Positions 30,100 through 39,232 of a DNA stretch of 64,000 nt are shown one piece after another. The DNA lies in the NCBI GenBank assembly GCA_945859975.1, contig CAMAPH010000001.1, forward strand, positions 128,001 to 192,000, read 5' to 3'. The position numbers were made by a program, and so were the translations under genes. Origin of the DNA: Chthonomonas calidirosea (GTDB taxonomy: Bacteria; Armatimonadota; Fimbriimonadia; Fimbriimonadales; Fimbriimonadaceae). The notes beneath the pieces were generated by a model. It saw only the letters and a program-made list of their open reading frames with translations, was not told where the DNA came from and did not search any database. How positions within the stretch are numbered: position 1 is the stretch's first letter; every line of letters begins with the position of its first letter.

Positions 30100-31762
30100 T
30101 CCGAAGCACCAATCCAACACGATTGCCCAAGGCACCGACAAAACCGCCAACCGCGCCATGCTCCGCGCAATGGGCCTGGGAGATCGCGAAATTTACGATC
30201 AGCCCTGGGTCGGCGTGGCCAGCGTTTGGTCCGAGGCCACCCCGTGCAACTGGAACCTCGACGAGCAGGCCCGCTTTATCGCGAACTCCGTCGCGGCATC
30301 CGGCGGCACCCCGCGCCGATTCGACACCATCTCCGTAAGCGACGGCATCGCCATGGGCCACCAGGGCATGAAATGCTCCCTCGTGAGCCGAGAGGTCATC
30401 GCCGATTCCGTCGAGCTCATGATGCGCGGCCACTGCTACGATGCCCTCATCGGCGTCGCCGGGTGCGATAAATCCCTCCCCGGCATGCTCATGGTCATGG
30501 CCCGCCTCAACGTGCCGAGCATCTTCCTCTACGGCGGCACTATCCTCCCCGGCCACATCCACGGAAAGGACGTCACCATTCAAGATGCCTTCGAAGCTGC
30601 GGGCGCCTTCGCCGCCGGAAAAATCGACGCAACCGAACTCAAGAGCGTCGAATGCGCCGTCTGCCCCGGGGCCGGAGCCTGCGGTGGACAGTACACCGCT
30701 AACACGATGGCATGCGTTGCCGAAGCCCTCGGCATGGCCTTGCCCGGCTCGTCATCTCCGCCGGCCGTTTCCACCGAGCGCTCCCTTTTCCTTGCCGAAG
30801 TCGGGCGGCAGATTGTTGAGACCATCCGCCTCGGCATCCTCCCGCGCGATATCATCACCCGCAAGTCGATGGAGAACGCCGTCGCGATTGCGGCTGCAAC
30901 CGGCGGCTCAACCAACGTCGCTCTGCACATCCCCGCCATCGCCCACGAGCTCGGCATCAACTTCACCCTCGACGACATTCAGGCCGTCAGCGAGCGAACC
31001 CCGACCCTCGCCAACCTCCGCCCCGGCGGGAAGTACGTGATGCTCGATTTACATGCCGTCGGCGGCGTTCCGGTGGTGCTCAGGGCCCTCCTCGATGCCG
31101 GTTGCCTCCACGGAGACTGTCTCACCGTCAACGGAAAAACCATGGCCGAGAACCTGGAAGGGATCGAGATTCCCGAGGGTCAAGACGTCGTTCATCCGCA
31201 CACCTCCGCGTTCTATCCCACCGGCGGACTCGCGATTCTCAAGGGCAATCTCGCCCCGGATGGCGGTGTGGTCAAGACGACCGGCGTCACCAATCTCTCC
31301 CACACCGGCCCGGCGCGATGCTTCGACAGCGAGGAACTCGCGATGGCGGCGGTTCAGCGACGCGAAGTCGTTTCGGGCGATGTTGTCGTGATTCGCTACG
31401 AAGGACCGAAAGGCGGCCCCGGAATGCGCGAAATGCTCGGCGTGACATCCGCCATCGTCGGTCAGGGCCTCGGCTACGAAGTCGCTCTCCTTACCGATGG
31501 TCGCTTCAGCGGTGCGACTCGCGGCCTGATGGTCGGCCACGTCGGGCCAGAAGCCTACGACGGTGGCCCGATCGCCCTTGTCCGAGATGGCGACCAGATC
31601 ACCGTCGATGCCACGACCGGCGAAATCTCCGTCGCCGTCACCGACGACGAGTTGGCAGAAAGACGCGCCGCTTGGGTCGCCCCCGAGCGCGTTCTTACCG
31701 GCGTCCTTAAGAAGTACGCCGCCCAAGTCGGTCCGGCTTGCTCGGGCGCGGTGACCGTCTAG
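30089..31762 (+). CDS. ilvD: Dihydroxy-acid dehydratase
   Basis: TPCN, SDGIAMGH, GCDKSLPG, CGGQYTANTM, GGSTN, GPGMREM, TDGRFSG. Confidence 0.97.
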   Translation: MPFDPKHQSNTIAQGTDKTANRAMLRAMGLGDREIYDQPWVGVASVWSEATPCNWNLDEQARFIANSVAASGGTPRRFDTISVSDGIAMGHQGMKCSLVSREVIADSVELMMRGHCYDALIGVAGCDKSLPGMLMVMARLNVPSIFLYGGTILPGHIHGKDVTIQDAFEAAGAFAAGKIDATELKSVECAVCPGAGACGGQYTANTMACVAEALGMALPGSSSPPAVSTERSLFLAEVGRQIVETIRLGILPRDIITRKSMENAVAIAAATGGSTNVALHIPAIAHELGINFTLDDIQAVSERTPTLANLRPGGKYVMLDLHAVGGVPVVLRALLDAGCLHGDCLTVNGKTMAENLEGIEIPEGQDVVHPHTSAFYPTGGLAILKGNLAPDGGVVKTTGVTNLSHTGPARCFDSEELAMAAVQRREVVSGDVVVIRYEGPKGGPGMREMLGVTSAIVGQGLGYEVALLTDGRFSGATRGLMVGHVGPEAYDGGPIALVRDGDQITVDATTGEISVAVTDDELAERRAAWVAPERVLTGVLKKYAAQVGPACSGAVTV

Positions 31763-32883
31763 CCGACCGCTGGAACATCGACCGGAACCGAGCCGTTGCG
31801 CAGCGAGTGGGTCGCGCAGACCCCCGCTGCCACGCTCATTCGGGCCGCGAGCGGAGACGTATCCGTTTCGCCACCGTGCTCGATGTAGCGCAAGAACTCT
31901 TCGATAATCCGCGTGTCCGACCCGCCGTGCCCGCCTCGCTCTTCTGCCGGGCGGAACTCGATATCTGCGGGTTCTTCGTACCCATATCGCGGTCGATTCC
32001 AAATCCGAATAACGCTCTTGCCCGGCGTGTCGCCGAAATTCTCAATGCGGCCGTGGGTGCCGATGACCGTGTAGTTTCGCACCGAATCCGGCGTGAAATG
32101 GCACTGCTGATACGTGGCCAGAACCCCGTTGTCCAGTTCCATCAGCATCATGCTCACGTCCTCCACGTCCAGCACCGGGTTCAGTTCGGTGATCTCCGTG
32201 GGCGGCCAGGAGTAGCGGAATTGTGCGCGCATCTCCGATCCTTCCGGGCGGCGGTTCGGCACGTTGCCGTAAACCATGTTGTTCCCCATCGCCACCACGC
32301 GCTTGGTGTAGCCGTTGCACAGCCAGTGCAGCACGTCGATATCGTGCGCGCCTTTTTGCAGCAGCAGTCCCGTCGATTTGCTCCGGTCAGCGTGCCAGTC
32401 GCAGAAGTAAGCATCGCCGCCGTAGCTCACAAAGTGTCGGCACCACGCCGTCTTCACTTCGCCAATCATCCCGCTCTGAATGCACTCGCGCATCTGCCGA
32501 ATCACCGCAAAGTGCCGCATGTTGTGCCCCAGATACAGCTTCGTCCCCGTCTCCGCGGCGGTGCGCAGAATACGGTCGCACCCCTCAATCGTGATCGCCA
32601 TCGGCTTCTCCAGGTAGATCGGGATTTTTGCTTGCAGCAGATTCACCGCGTGCTCTTCGTGCAGATAGTCCGGCGACAGCACGAAGATCGCGTCGAGGTC
32701 CAGCGACTTCAGCGACTCAAAGTCCGTGAACACCTGCGCGCCATCACCCGCGAACTCTTGAAAAGCCGCATGAACCGCGACGTCCGGATCGGCCAACGCC
32801 ACCAACCGATGCCCCTTCCCCGGCTGATGCGCCATCTTCGCAATAGAAGCCCGCAACCCCCACCCAATCACCCCAAACCGCAT
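31759..32883 (-). CDS. Cytoplasmic Gfo/Idh/MocA oxidoreductase
   Basis: Start MRFGVIGWG; SPDYLH, LEKP, GHNMR, QKGAHDID, GHGGSD. Confidence 0.9.
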   Translation of the reverse strand: MRFGVIGWGLRASIAKMAHQPGKGHRLVALADPDVAVHAAFQEFAGDGAQVFTDFESLKSLDLDAIFVLSPDYLHEEHAVNLLQAKIPIYLEKPMAITIEGCDRILRTAAETGTKLYLGHNMRHFAVIRQMRECIQSGMIGEVKTAWCRHFVSYGGDAYFCDWHADRSKSTGLLLQKGAHDIDVLHWLCNGYTKRVVAMGNNMVYGNVPNRRPEGSEMRAQFRYSWPPTEITELNPVLDVEDVSMMLMELDNGVLATYQQCHFTPDSVRNYTVIGTHGRIENFGDTPGKSVIRIWNRPRYGYEEPADIEFRPAEERGGHGGSDTRIIEEFLRYIEHGGETDTSPLAARMSVAAGVCATHSLRNGSVPVDVPAVG

Positions 32884-32920
32884 GAGGAGATTGTGCCGGA
32901 TTTCGTAGCGCGCTTCCGAG

Positions 32921-33017
32921 CCTCCTGCTTTCGTTTCCGAACGAGAGGAGGGGGTTGGGGGTGGAGAGTTGTCTGAACCCCCTCTCCATTCCGATGGAGA
33001 GGGGGCAGGGGGTGAGG
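32921..33017 (-). repeat. Two tandem C-rich palindromic REP-like units (CCTCACCCCC..CCCCCTCTCC..GGAGAGGGG type)
   Basis: Unit 32978-33017 holds the hairpin CCCCCTCTCCAT-TCCG-ATGGAGAGGGGG. A degenerate unit lies at 32921-32968. Confidence 0.7.
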
Positions 33018-33052
33018 AAAACGAACGGCCGATACCCGCCGCCCCCATTGCC

Positions 33053-33153
33053 GTAGCTCACTCGTCCCGAGTGAGTTCGCATAGCCAAATCTCGGACCCC
33101 AGACAAAACCCTTCTCTACAAATCTCCGAACGCAGGCGGGACGCCTACGCTAC
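33053..33153. repeat. Inverted pair of GTAG-type REP palindromes (REPIN-like doublet)
   Basis: +33053-33075 GTAG-CTCACTCG-TCC-CGAGTGAG; -33153-33131 GTAG-CGTAGGCG-TCC-CGCCTGCG. Confidence 0.75.
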
Positions 33154-33249
33154 GTCTCGAACCGCTCCGGGCGCGTTTCAGATGGCACTACCCAGCCAAA
33201 TCTAAAGGGTTGTTCCCGATAACGAAGATTGCCGGTTCTGCCGGGTCGT

Positions 33250-33558
33250 CTAGGCGGCAACCTCTAACGGAGCATCAATCTTGACTTCCAAGAGGAGCAC
33301 GACCACCCGTGAAAGCCATTGCAGGCTGCTGACCAAAATTGATTGGGCTACGATCATTGCCGCTTTTTCAGGAAGGACGGGAATTCTTGGTGCAATGCTT
33401 GCAACAAGGTCGTTCCACATGATTGCGATGAACACTAGCACGAGCAGAAACACCGTGCTCGTCAGAATCTTTCCCGTTCTTGAAATATCGAACGGGAACG
33501 GTCGGTCAACACGGCTTATGGTGCTCAAGCATCCGAAGCCGCATGCAACAGAAATCAA
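33250..33558 (-). CDS. Hypothetical membrane protein, possibly a 5'-truncated fragment
   Basis: Hydrophobic segments. The frame stays open upstream to about 33678 with no ATG. Confidence 0.35.
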   Translation of the reverse strand: MISVACGFGCLSTISRVDRPFPFDISRTGKILTSTVFLLVLVFIAIMWNDLVASIAPRIPVLPEKAAMIVAQSILVSSLQWLSRVVVLLLEVKIDAPLEVAA

Positions 33559-33719
33559 AATGGAACTCGGCGTGCCGTAGATGCAGAGTGCTAGAGGAAG
33601 CGGCTCGGCTATCCATAGCAGTATTCGGCCGAGCTTCCTAGTTAGATCCAGGTAGCTAGCTTCGATTCTTACACCGCCTCAAGCTCCGGTACAGCGGCAC
33701 CGCTCGCAAATGTCCCACC

Positions 33720-33769
33720 TGCACCCCGGACGGGGTGCAAGAAGGTAGCCAGGGGTTGAAAACCCCTGG
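33720..33769. repeat. Double-hairpin element, MITE/REP-like
   Basis: TGCACCCCG-GA-CGGGGTGCA, then CCAGGGGTT-GAA-AACCCCTGG. Confidence 0.6.
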
Positions 33770-33942
33770 ACCGCCAAACCGACCCGATAAAGTCCGAGGA
33801 GCGCAGCGCCCCCCGCGCGGACTGAAACTACCGACCACCGCAACATTGTATGTCATGCCACGGTGCCCTGAGGACCCAGTTTCGTAAAAGCGAATCCGAA
33901 CTCCCGAACCAATCCGAACAAACCCAAACCGGGAACGGGAAC

Positions 33943-33965
33943 CGCAGGCGGGATGCCTACGCTAC
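33943..33965 (-). repeat. Third GTAG-type REP copy
   Basis: GTAG-CGTAGGCA-TCC-CGCCTGCG, 22/23 identical to 33131-33153. Its TAG is the stop codon of the upstream gene. Confidence 0.75.
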
Positions 33966-34165
33966 TTAGGACACCTCTTCCGAATTTTCGCCCCGTAAAG
34001 AACCAATCCCACGCCAACCAGCATCGAACCGATTCCGAGAAATGGCAACGCGTTTGCCACCGAACCGAGAGCCCGCATAAGGAAAGGCGGGGCGGCGAAA
34101 GCGACTCCCATCAATAAGTAGCCTCCGCCGCAAAAGAAACAACCGACAATCTGTACTTTGTTCAA
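33962..34165 (-). CDS. Small two-helix membrane protein (67 aa)
   Basis: AGGAGG-5nt-TTG start; MNKVQIVGCFFCGGGYLLMGVAF...VGVGLVLYGAKIRKRCPK. Confidence 0.6.
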   Translation of the reverse strand: MNKVQIVGCFFCGGGYLLMGVAFAAPPFLMRALGSVANALPFLGIGSMLVGVGLVLYGAKIRKRCPK

Positions 34166-34276
34166 CTGATCCTCCTGAAAACGCTTCGGGTTCTCGCGCA
34201 TCTTACCGGCCCACCCTGATCCGAACCAGATTTGATGACCATAGCCAGCATCGAGTGCGAGCAAGTAGAGGTTTTT

Positions 34277-34957
34277 TCAGTCAGGAACGTCAAGCACACC
34301 GATGGCGTCCATGAAACGAAATTCGATCAACTCTAAGGCCACCAAATCATCAACAGTTGGCACAGCGTGAACGGTACGGATCTCATTCGCAAACTGCATG
34401 ATCTGGATAAAACCAAGCTGATCTAGCATGGCGCGGACTTCGGGATTCCAAGTCTCGGCACCACCACCACGCTTCCGTTCAGAGACCGTTAAGGCTGTGT
34501 CAAGCATGATCTCAACAGTGCTCAAGAACTTCCGCTGGCGGAACAACGAACGAGAAGAGTAGATACCGCTTGTAGAACGTTCAGTCGCTAGTGCAAAGTC
34601 GCGGAGTGAGGGAATGTTGTCCAGATCCCAAGCGACTTCTGAGATGGGTTGGCGTTTACTTGGCGGGACTGGGTCAGGATAGGCAAGCGCCATACACGTT
34701 AGATCAAGCCGATAGCTTTCTAGGAATTCTTCTGGAGATACCGTCAAATCAGGATCGGCAGCGAAGCGATCATTCCACATCGAAAGGTTTTCTGCCAAAC
34801 CACTTTCAACTAAAGCGCTCTCTGCACAAGACGAAAGTTCCAGGTTGTTGGAGATGCCCGCTATAAGTAGCCCTAACTTGAATCGCGGCCCTGGCTGCAA
34901 TCCCATCAGAGCCATGCCCAGTTGAAAAGTTCGGGCTCGCATCTCGTCCATTGACAT
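34277..34957 (-). CDS. Hypothetical protein (226 aa), no recognised family
   Basis: Long ORF in visibly lower-GC sequence with globular protein-like composition. Confidence 0.65.
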   Translation of the reverse strand: MSMDEMRARTFQLGMALMGLQPGPRFKLGLLIAGISNNLELSSCAESALVESGLAENLSMWNDRFAADPDLTVSPEEFLESYRLDLTCMALAYPDPVPPSKRQPISEVAWDLDNIPSLRDFALATERSTSGIYSSRSLFRQRKFLSTVEIMLDTALTVSERKRGGGAETWNPEVRAMLDQLGFIQIMQFANEIRTVHAVPTVDDLVALELIEFRFMDAIGVLDVPD

Positions 34958-35040
34958 TTATTGACCTCAATCTAAACCATCTCGATGGCCCCGTTGTTAC
35001 TCGTCTTGCCACAAGCACCAGGAACCCTGAGCAAGCACGT

Positions 35041-35337
35041 TCACGCGCGGTTTCGTGGTCTGCGATAACACCAAGCCGCTTCCGTAGTCATCGCCGCAAG
35101 CGAAACAACGACGCCGACAGCCCCGATCCAAAGTCCGAGCGCGGTCAGCCCGACCAAGTACAGATCGCATCCCGCGCACACGGCCGCCATGCCGCCAACG
35201 GAGAGTAAGCCCGCCAACCCGCCTCTCCGGGACACTGCAAGGAGCACCGCCAGCCCGCCGAACAAGATCGCACCCCAAAGATAGACCCGCTCCGCCGCAC
35301 CCATCCCGCCCACGATACCAAAGTTTGTCGTTGTCAT
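35041..35337 (-). CDS. Hypothetical membrane protein (98 aa)
   Basis: Three Gly-rich hydrophobic segments and a basic C-tail; 12 nt after the upstream stop. Confidence 0.5.
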   Translation of the reverse strand: MTTTNFGIVGGMGAAERVYLWGAILFGGLAVLLAVSRRGGLAGLLSVGGMAAVCAGCDLYLVGLTALGLWIGAVGVVVSLAAMTTEAAWCYRRPRNRA

Positions 35338-35349
35338 CGGACGGCTCTC

Positions 35350-35676
35350 TCATCGTTCGATGTCGAACACTGAATCCGCCGAATCTTCGTAAATCACCTC
35401 GTGCGACCGAAACTTGGTAAGCGAAACCCAAAAAGGTTCCTGCCCCGTTCCGCATTCCCACTCTTCAAGACCCGTTTCCGCGGCCGCCGGCCAGCAGAAT
35501 CCGCGCGTAATGAGCGGCACGCACGGCCCGTCGCACTTCACCCACACAGAAACGCGGCCCGGAATGATCTTATAAAGCATGAAGTTGAGCGGGACGATTG
35601 CAATGAGGCCATAGAAAAGCTTGAGCCATCTTCTCTTCCGATTCCTAATCTTAATCTCGGTCGCGCTGTTCGACAT
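35350..35676 (-). CDS. Hypothetical single-pass membrane protein with 4 Cys (108 aa)
   Basis: Basic N-terminus RNRKRRW, one TM segment, then CDGPC..C..C. Confidence 0.55.
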   Translation of the reverse strand: MSNSATEIKIRNRKRRWLKLFYGLIAIVPLNFMLYKIIPGRVSVWVKCDGPCVPLITRGFCWPAAAETGLEEWECGTGQEPFWVSLTKFRSHEVIYEDSADSVFDIER

Positions 35677-35850
35677 GCCCTATCAAGGCTAAACCCTCGG
35701 CGCTGTGAAAACATTCCAGCACGGTCGTTCGAACGATGCTAAACCTGAAGGAATCCCCTGAGTTTCGGCGACGCGTCACCGCCCAAACAAGCTCACTCCA
35801 TAATTTGATGGTTTACTTTTCAGCGGCTCGTCTCCTAACAGATGCATGCA

Positions 35851-36023
35851 AAACAATAGCCAAGCAAAGCAACTCAAGGCAATGCAAAGCCACACAAAGC
35901 GCCCCCTTGAACCTAAACGGGGCTGTAATTAATTAATCCGCCTGAGGGGGAACGTTAATTAATTCCGTTCCGAGAGCAATTCAAGGCCAAACAGAGCCAG
36001 ACAAGGCCACCCAAAGCGCCCCC
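35851..36023. repeat. Two arrays of five 10-bp tandem units flanking a pair of TTAATTAA motifs
   Basis: Units near NNNNCAARGC at 35851-35900 and 35968-36017, each array followed by GCCCCC; TTAATTAA at 35929 and 35955. Confidence 0.7.
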
Positions 36024-36030
36024 AACAGAA

Positions 36031-36855
36031 TCACCCTTTGACCGCCCCCGCCAACATCGCTTCGTAAATCTTCTCTCGATACCGCCAGTAGACAACGAAC
36101 GCCGGCAGCATCACGATCACCAGCGCGGCGAAGACGCTGCCCCAGTCGGCTTGGTACTGCCTCGCCATGGTTAGGTTCGCGAGGCCGATCGGCAAGGTTC
36201 GAATGTTCTCGGAGTTCGCCAAAACCAGGGCGAGGTTGAACTCGTTCCAGAGTCCGAGGCCGTTGAAAATCGCGGCGACGATCAGGCCCGGCCGTGCCAA
36301 GGGGAGCATGATCTTTTGGTAGACCATGAGGTGCCCGCAGCCGTCCAACACCGCCGCTTCCTCGAGCTCGGTCGGAACGTTCTGAAAGAACCCGGTCAGC
36401 ACAAAAACCGTGAAGGACAAGGAGAACGCGACGTAAACGATGCCCAGTCCGAGCAACGATTCGGACAAGCCGAGCCGCCGAAGCAGGTCGGTCAGCGGAG
36501 CCAAAACCAGGAAGTTCGGAAACATCATCCCGCCCAGGAAAATCGCATAAAGTGCTTTCGACCCTGGGAACGGATACCGCGCGAAAATGTAAGCCGCCAT
36601 CGCCCCGACCGGAATCAAAACCGCCAGCGACCCGACCGTCACCATCACGCTGTTCCAAAAATACTTGGCCAGCCCGGCCTCGTTCCAAGCCGCCGCGTAG
36701 TTCTCGAACTTCGGCTGCGCCGGAAGCGACCACGGACTCGCAAAAATTTCCGGGCTCGTCTTAAGGGAGCTGATGAGCACCCAAACCAGCGGAACGACAA
36801 TCACCGCTAAGTAGGCGGTCAGCGCCACCGTGCCCAGCCACTGTCGCCCCTTCAA
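36031..36855 (-). CDS. Carbohydrate ABC transporter permease
   Basis: EAA loop ELEEAAVLDG, WNEF, several TM segments. Confidence 0.93.
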   Translation of the reverse strand: MKGRQWLGTVALTAYLAVIVVPLVWVLISSLKTSPEIFASPWSLPAQPKFENYAAAWNEAGLAKYFWNSVMVTVGSLAVLIPVGAMAAYIFARYPFPGSKALYAIFLGGMMFPNFLVLAPLTDLLRRLGLSESLLGLGIVYVAFSLSFTVFVLTGFFQNVPTELEEAAVLDGCGHLMVYQKIMLPLARPGLIVAAIFNGLGLWNEFNLALVLANSENIRTLPIGLANLTMARQYQADWGSVFAALVIVMLPAFVVYWRYREKIYEAMLAGAVKG

Positions 36856-37751
36856 GCCCGTGCCCCCGCCGCCGCAGTCGGATCCTTACGGAAGTAAGCC
36901 AAAACCGCCAAGCTCGCCAGCATGCTCACCGCAAAAACGACGACCGCCAATGCCGAGGCATAACCGTACTGACCGTTCTTCGCAATCTGCTCATAAAGGT
37001 ACGAAACAATCGTCTCCGTCCCCCGGTCCGGCCCACCTTCGGTCATCACGAAGACCAAGGCGAAAACGGTGAGGATGTGGATCAGCAGGTAGGTAATCGC
37101 CGTCCGCTTGACCGACCAAAGCAACGGCCAAGTGACGTGCCGAAACCGGTGCCAGCCCTCGCTGCCGTCCAAGGCGCTCGCCTCTTTGATCTCTTCCGAG
37201 ATCTGCTTGAGCCCGGCGCTAAAGAGCAAAACGAAGAACCCAAGCGCGTGCCAAACAAACGCCACGGCAATCGCCCCAAAGGCATACCGAGGGTCGCGGA
37301 CAATCCCCGGATCGCGCACCGGCAACCCGACCCGGAACAGCAAATCGGTCACGAGACCGTACTTCGGGTTCAGCTGAAACTGCCAAATCAGCGCCACGGC
37401 GACGAGCGAAATCACCTGCGGGAACAAATAAATCGCCCGTGCAAACTTCCGCACCGGCCCCGCACCGTCCGTCAAATGCGCCAGCAAAACCCCGAGGCCG
37501 ATGGTGACAACCCCGGCCAAAACCAAGAGCATTCCCGTGTTCTGAAGCGACTTCCAGAACACCGGATCCTGGCTCAGGTTCTGGAAGTTCTCCATGCCGA
37601 TGAACTTCCGATTCCGGCTAACGCCGCGCCATCGGTACATCGACATCTGGAACGACTGCAACAGCGGCCAGACCAAAAAGACCGCGTACAGCAAAACCGC
37701 CGGCGATAGGAACGCAACAATAAACGCGCCCCTACCTTTCGAATGTCGCAT
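36852..37751 (-). CDS. Carbohydrate ABC transporter permease
   Basis: EASALDG, FRHVTWPLL, MTEGGP, GYASAL; start MRHSKG. Confidence 0.93.
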   Translation of the reverse strand: MRHSKGRGAFIVAFLSPAVLLYAVFLVWPLLQSFQMSMYRWRGVSRNRKFIGMENFQNLSQDPVFWKSLQNTGMLLVLAGVVTIGLGVLLAHLTDGAGPVRKFARAIYLFPQVISLVAVALIWQFQLNPKYGLVTDLLFRVGLPVRDPGIVRDPRYAFGAIAVAFVWHALGFFVLLFSAGLKQISEEIKEASALDGSEGWHRFRHVTWPLLWSVKRTAITYLLIHILTVFALVFVMTEGGPDRGTETIVSYLYEQIAKNGQYGYASALAVVVFAVSMLASLAVLAYFRKDPTAAAGARA

Positions 37752-37758
37752 GCCGAAA

Positions 37759-39099
37759 TCAGACCTTGTGCTTCGTGATGTTCGGGTCCTTTCGAACCTT
37801 ATCCGCCGCCGCTTCCGCCCGGTCACAGAACTGCTGAGCCGTGAGCTGACCGTTCAAAAGGCTGGTCAAACCGTTCTCTAGCTCCGTGCTCAAGGCCGGA
37901 TACCAGTGCCGGAACTGAACCGAGTAAACCGCCTTGCTCTCGCGCAAGGTCTTGCTCGGAACCTTCAAAACATCGGGCAATTCGCCATCATCGCTGCCCT
38001 TAATCGCCATCAACGTGCCCTTTTCCTGGACAAACTTCTTGGCGACCGAAAGGCTGGTCATGTACTTGAACAGCTCAATCGCTGCTTCCTTGTTCTTCGC
38101 CTCGGTCGGCACCATCCAAGGCTCGATCCCGATCAAAACCGCCGTCGGATCGCCCTTCCCACCATCAATAAACGGCGGAAGGAAGTACTCCATCTTCGCC
38201 GTCGCGGGCATGGTCTTCTTCATCTCGCTGAATAGCCAACTTCCGCAAGGCACCATCGCCGCCTTGCCCTGAACAAACTCCTGCTGAGCCTCCGTGTGGC
38301 TCATCGAAGTCGCCCCTTCCTGGAAGAATCCCTTCTGCTTGAGCTCGACAATCCGCTCGGTCGCCTGAACCATCGCGGGCGAATTCCACGCTCCCTCTTC
38401 GAGGTTCTGCGCTGCATTAACCGCGTCAATGCCACCAATGCTCTGCACCCAAGGCAACAGCATCCCGTCGATCATGTAGTACGGATACTTGCCCTGGAAG
38501 GTGATGGGCGCCATGCCCTTCTTCTTAATCTTGTCGGACAGCGTCAGCAGTTCCGAGTAGGTCTTCGGCACCGTCCAGCCGTTCTTCTTGAAGACCTCGG
38601 GGTCGTACCACCAGCCGTAGATCATCACGTAGTACGGCAAGGTGTATTGAACGCCCTTGAGCTGTCCCAGGGCCAGAATTTGCGGGTCAAAACTCTCTCG
38701 CCAAGTTCCGTCGCCTTCCGCCGCTTTGCCATCGAGCGCCGGGCCTAGGTCAACCAGCTGATCCTCTTCGGCCAAATCCCAATGCTTCATGCCCCAACCG
38801 GGGAAGGTGAGGTCCGGCGGGTTGCCGTTGGCAAATCGCGGGGTCAAAGATTCCCAAACGCGGGGGCCACCTTCGACGGTGATCTTGAGGTCGGGGTGCT
38901 GCTTTTCGAACTCCTTCGCCGATGCCTGATAAAAGTCGATGCCGTATCCGCCCTGGAAGGCTTGGACTTCTAGAGCCCCGGTCAGCTTTCCGCCAGCCGT
39001 TGGAGTGGTGGTTTCCTTTGCCTCAGGAGCTGCGGTCGAGTTGCATCCGACGAGGCCAGCCGCCAGAGCGATCGAAGCGATTGCGACAACGAATTTCAT
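37759..39099 (-). CDS. Sugar ABC substrate-binding lipoprotein, NgcE-like (possibly GlcNAc/chitobiose)
   Basis: Lipobox LVGC; FQGGYG, SHTEAQQEF..GKAAMVPCGSWL. Substrate is inferred. Confidence 0.85.
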   Translation of the reverse strand: MKFVVAIASIALAAGLVGCNSTAAPEAKETTTPTAGGKLTGALEVQAFQGGYGIDFYQASAKEFEKQHPDLKITVEGGPRVWESLTPRFANGNPPDLTFPGWGMKHWDLAEEDQLVDLGPALDGKAAEGDGTWRESFDPQILALGQLKGVQYTLPYYVMIYGWWYDPEVFKKNGWTVPKTYSELLTLSDKIKKKGMAPITFQGKYPYYMIDGMLLPWVQSIGGIDAVNAAQNLEEGAWNSPAMVQATERIVELKQKGFFQEGATSMSHTEAQQEFVQGKAAMVPCGSWLFSEMKKTMPATAKMEYFLPPFIDGGKGDPTAVLIGIEPWMVPTEAKNKEAAIELFKYMTSLSVAKKFVQEKGTLMAIKGSDDGELPDVLKVPSKTLRESKAVYSVQFRHWYPALSTELENGLTSLLNGQLTAQQFCDRAEAAADKVRKDPNITKHKV

Positions 39100-39208
39100 G
39101 GGGTCTATTATCGCAGTCTTGAAGCTTTTCGGCTAGGAAAGACATCATACGACAAACGTGTCGCATGTTAAGTGATCGCTTTTTGCCCTTAAGGGTTGCG
39201 TAATCGAC

Positions 39209-39230
39209 ATTGTTTATGCGTATAAAGTAT
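39209..39230 (+). promoter_or_regulatory. Candidate MarR-type operator upstream of the RND operon
   Basis: AT-rich inverted repeat TTTAT-GCGT-ATAAA just before the ATG; a MarR gene ends the operon. Confidence 0.4.
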
Positions 39231-39232
39231 TC

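Noticed and set aside
32884..33048. Pro-rich N-terminal extension of the oxidoreductase
   Set aside because: It is translated repeat DNA; the Rossmann motif begins at ATG 32883, behind a -10-like hexamer.
35736..35936. 66-aa plus-strand ORF
   Set aside because: It overlaps the 10-bp repeat array and has no recognisable features; probably non-coding.
32900..36030. CRISPR array or integron cassette array
   Set aside because: Repeats belong to different classes and are irregularly spaced; no constant repeat-spacer period, attC core sites, cas genes or integrase were seen.
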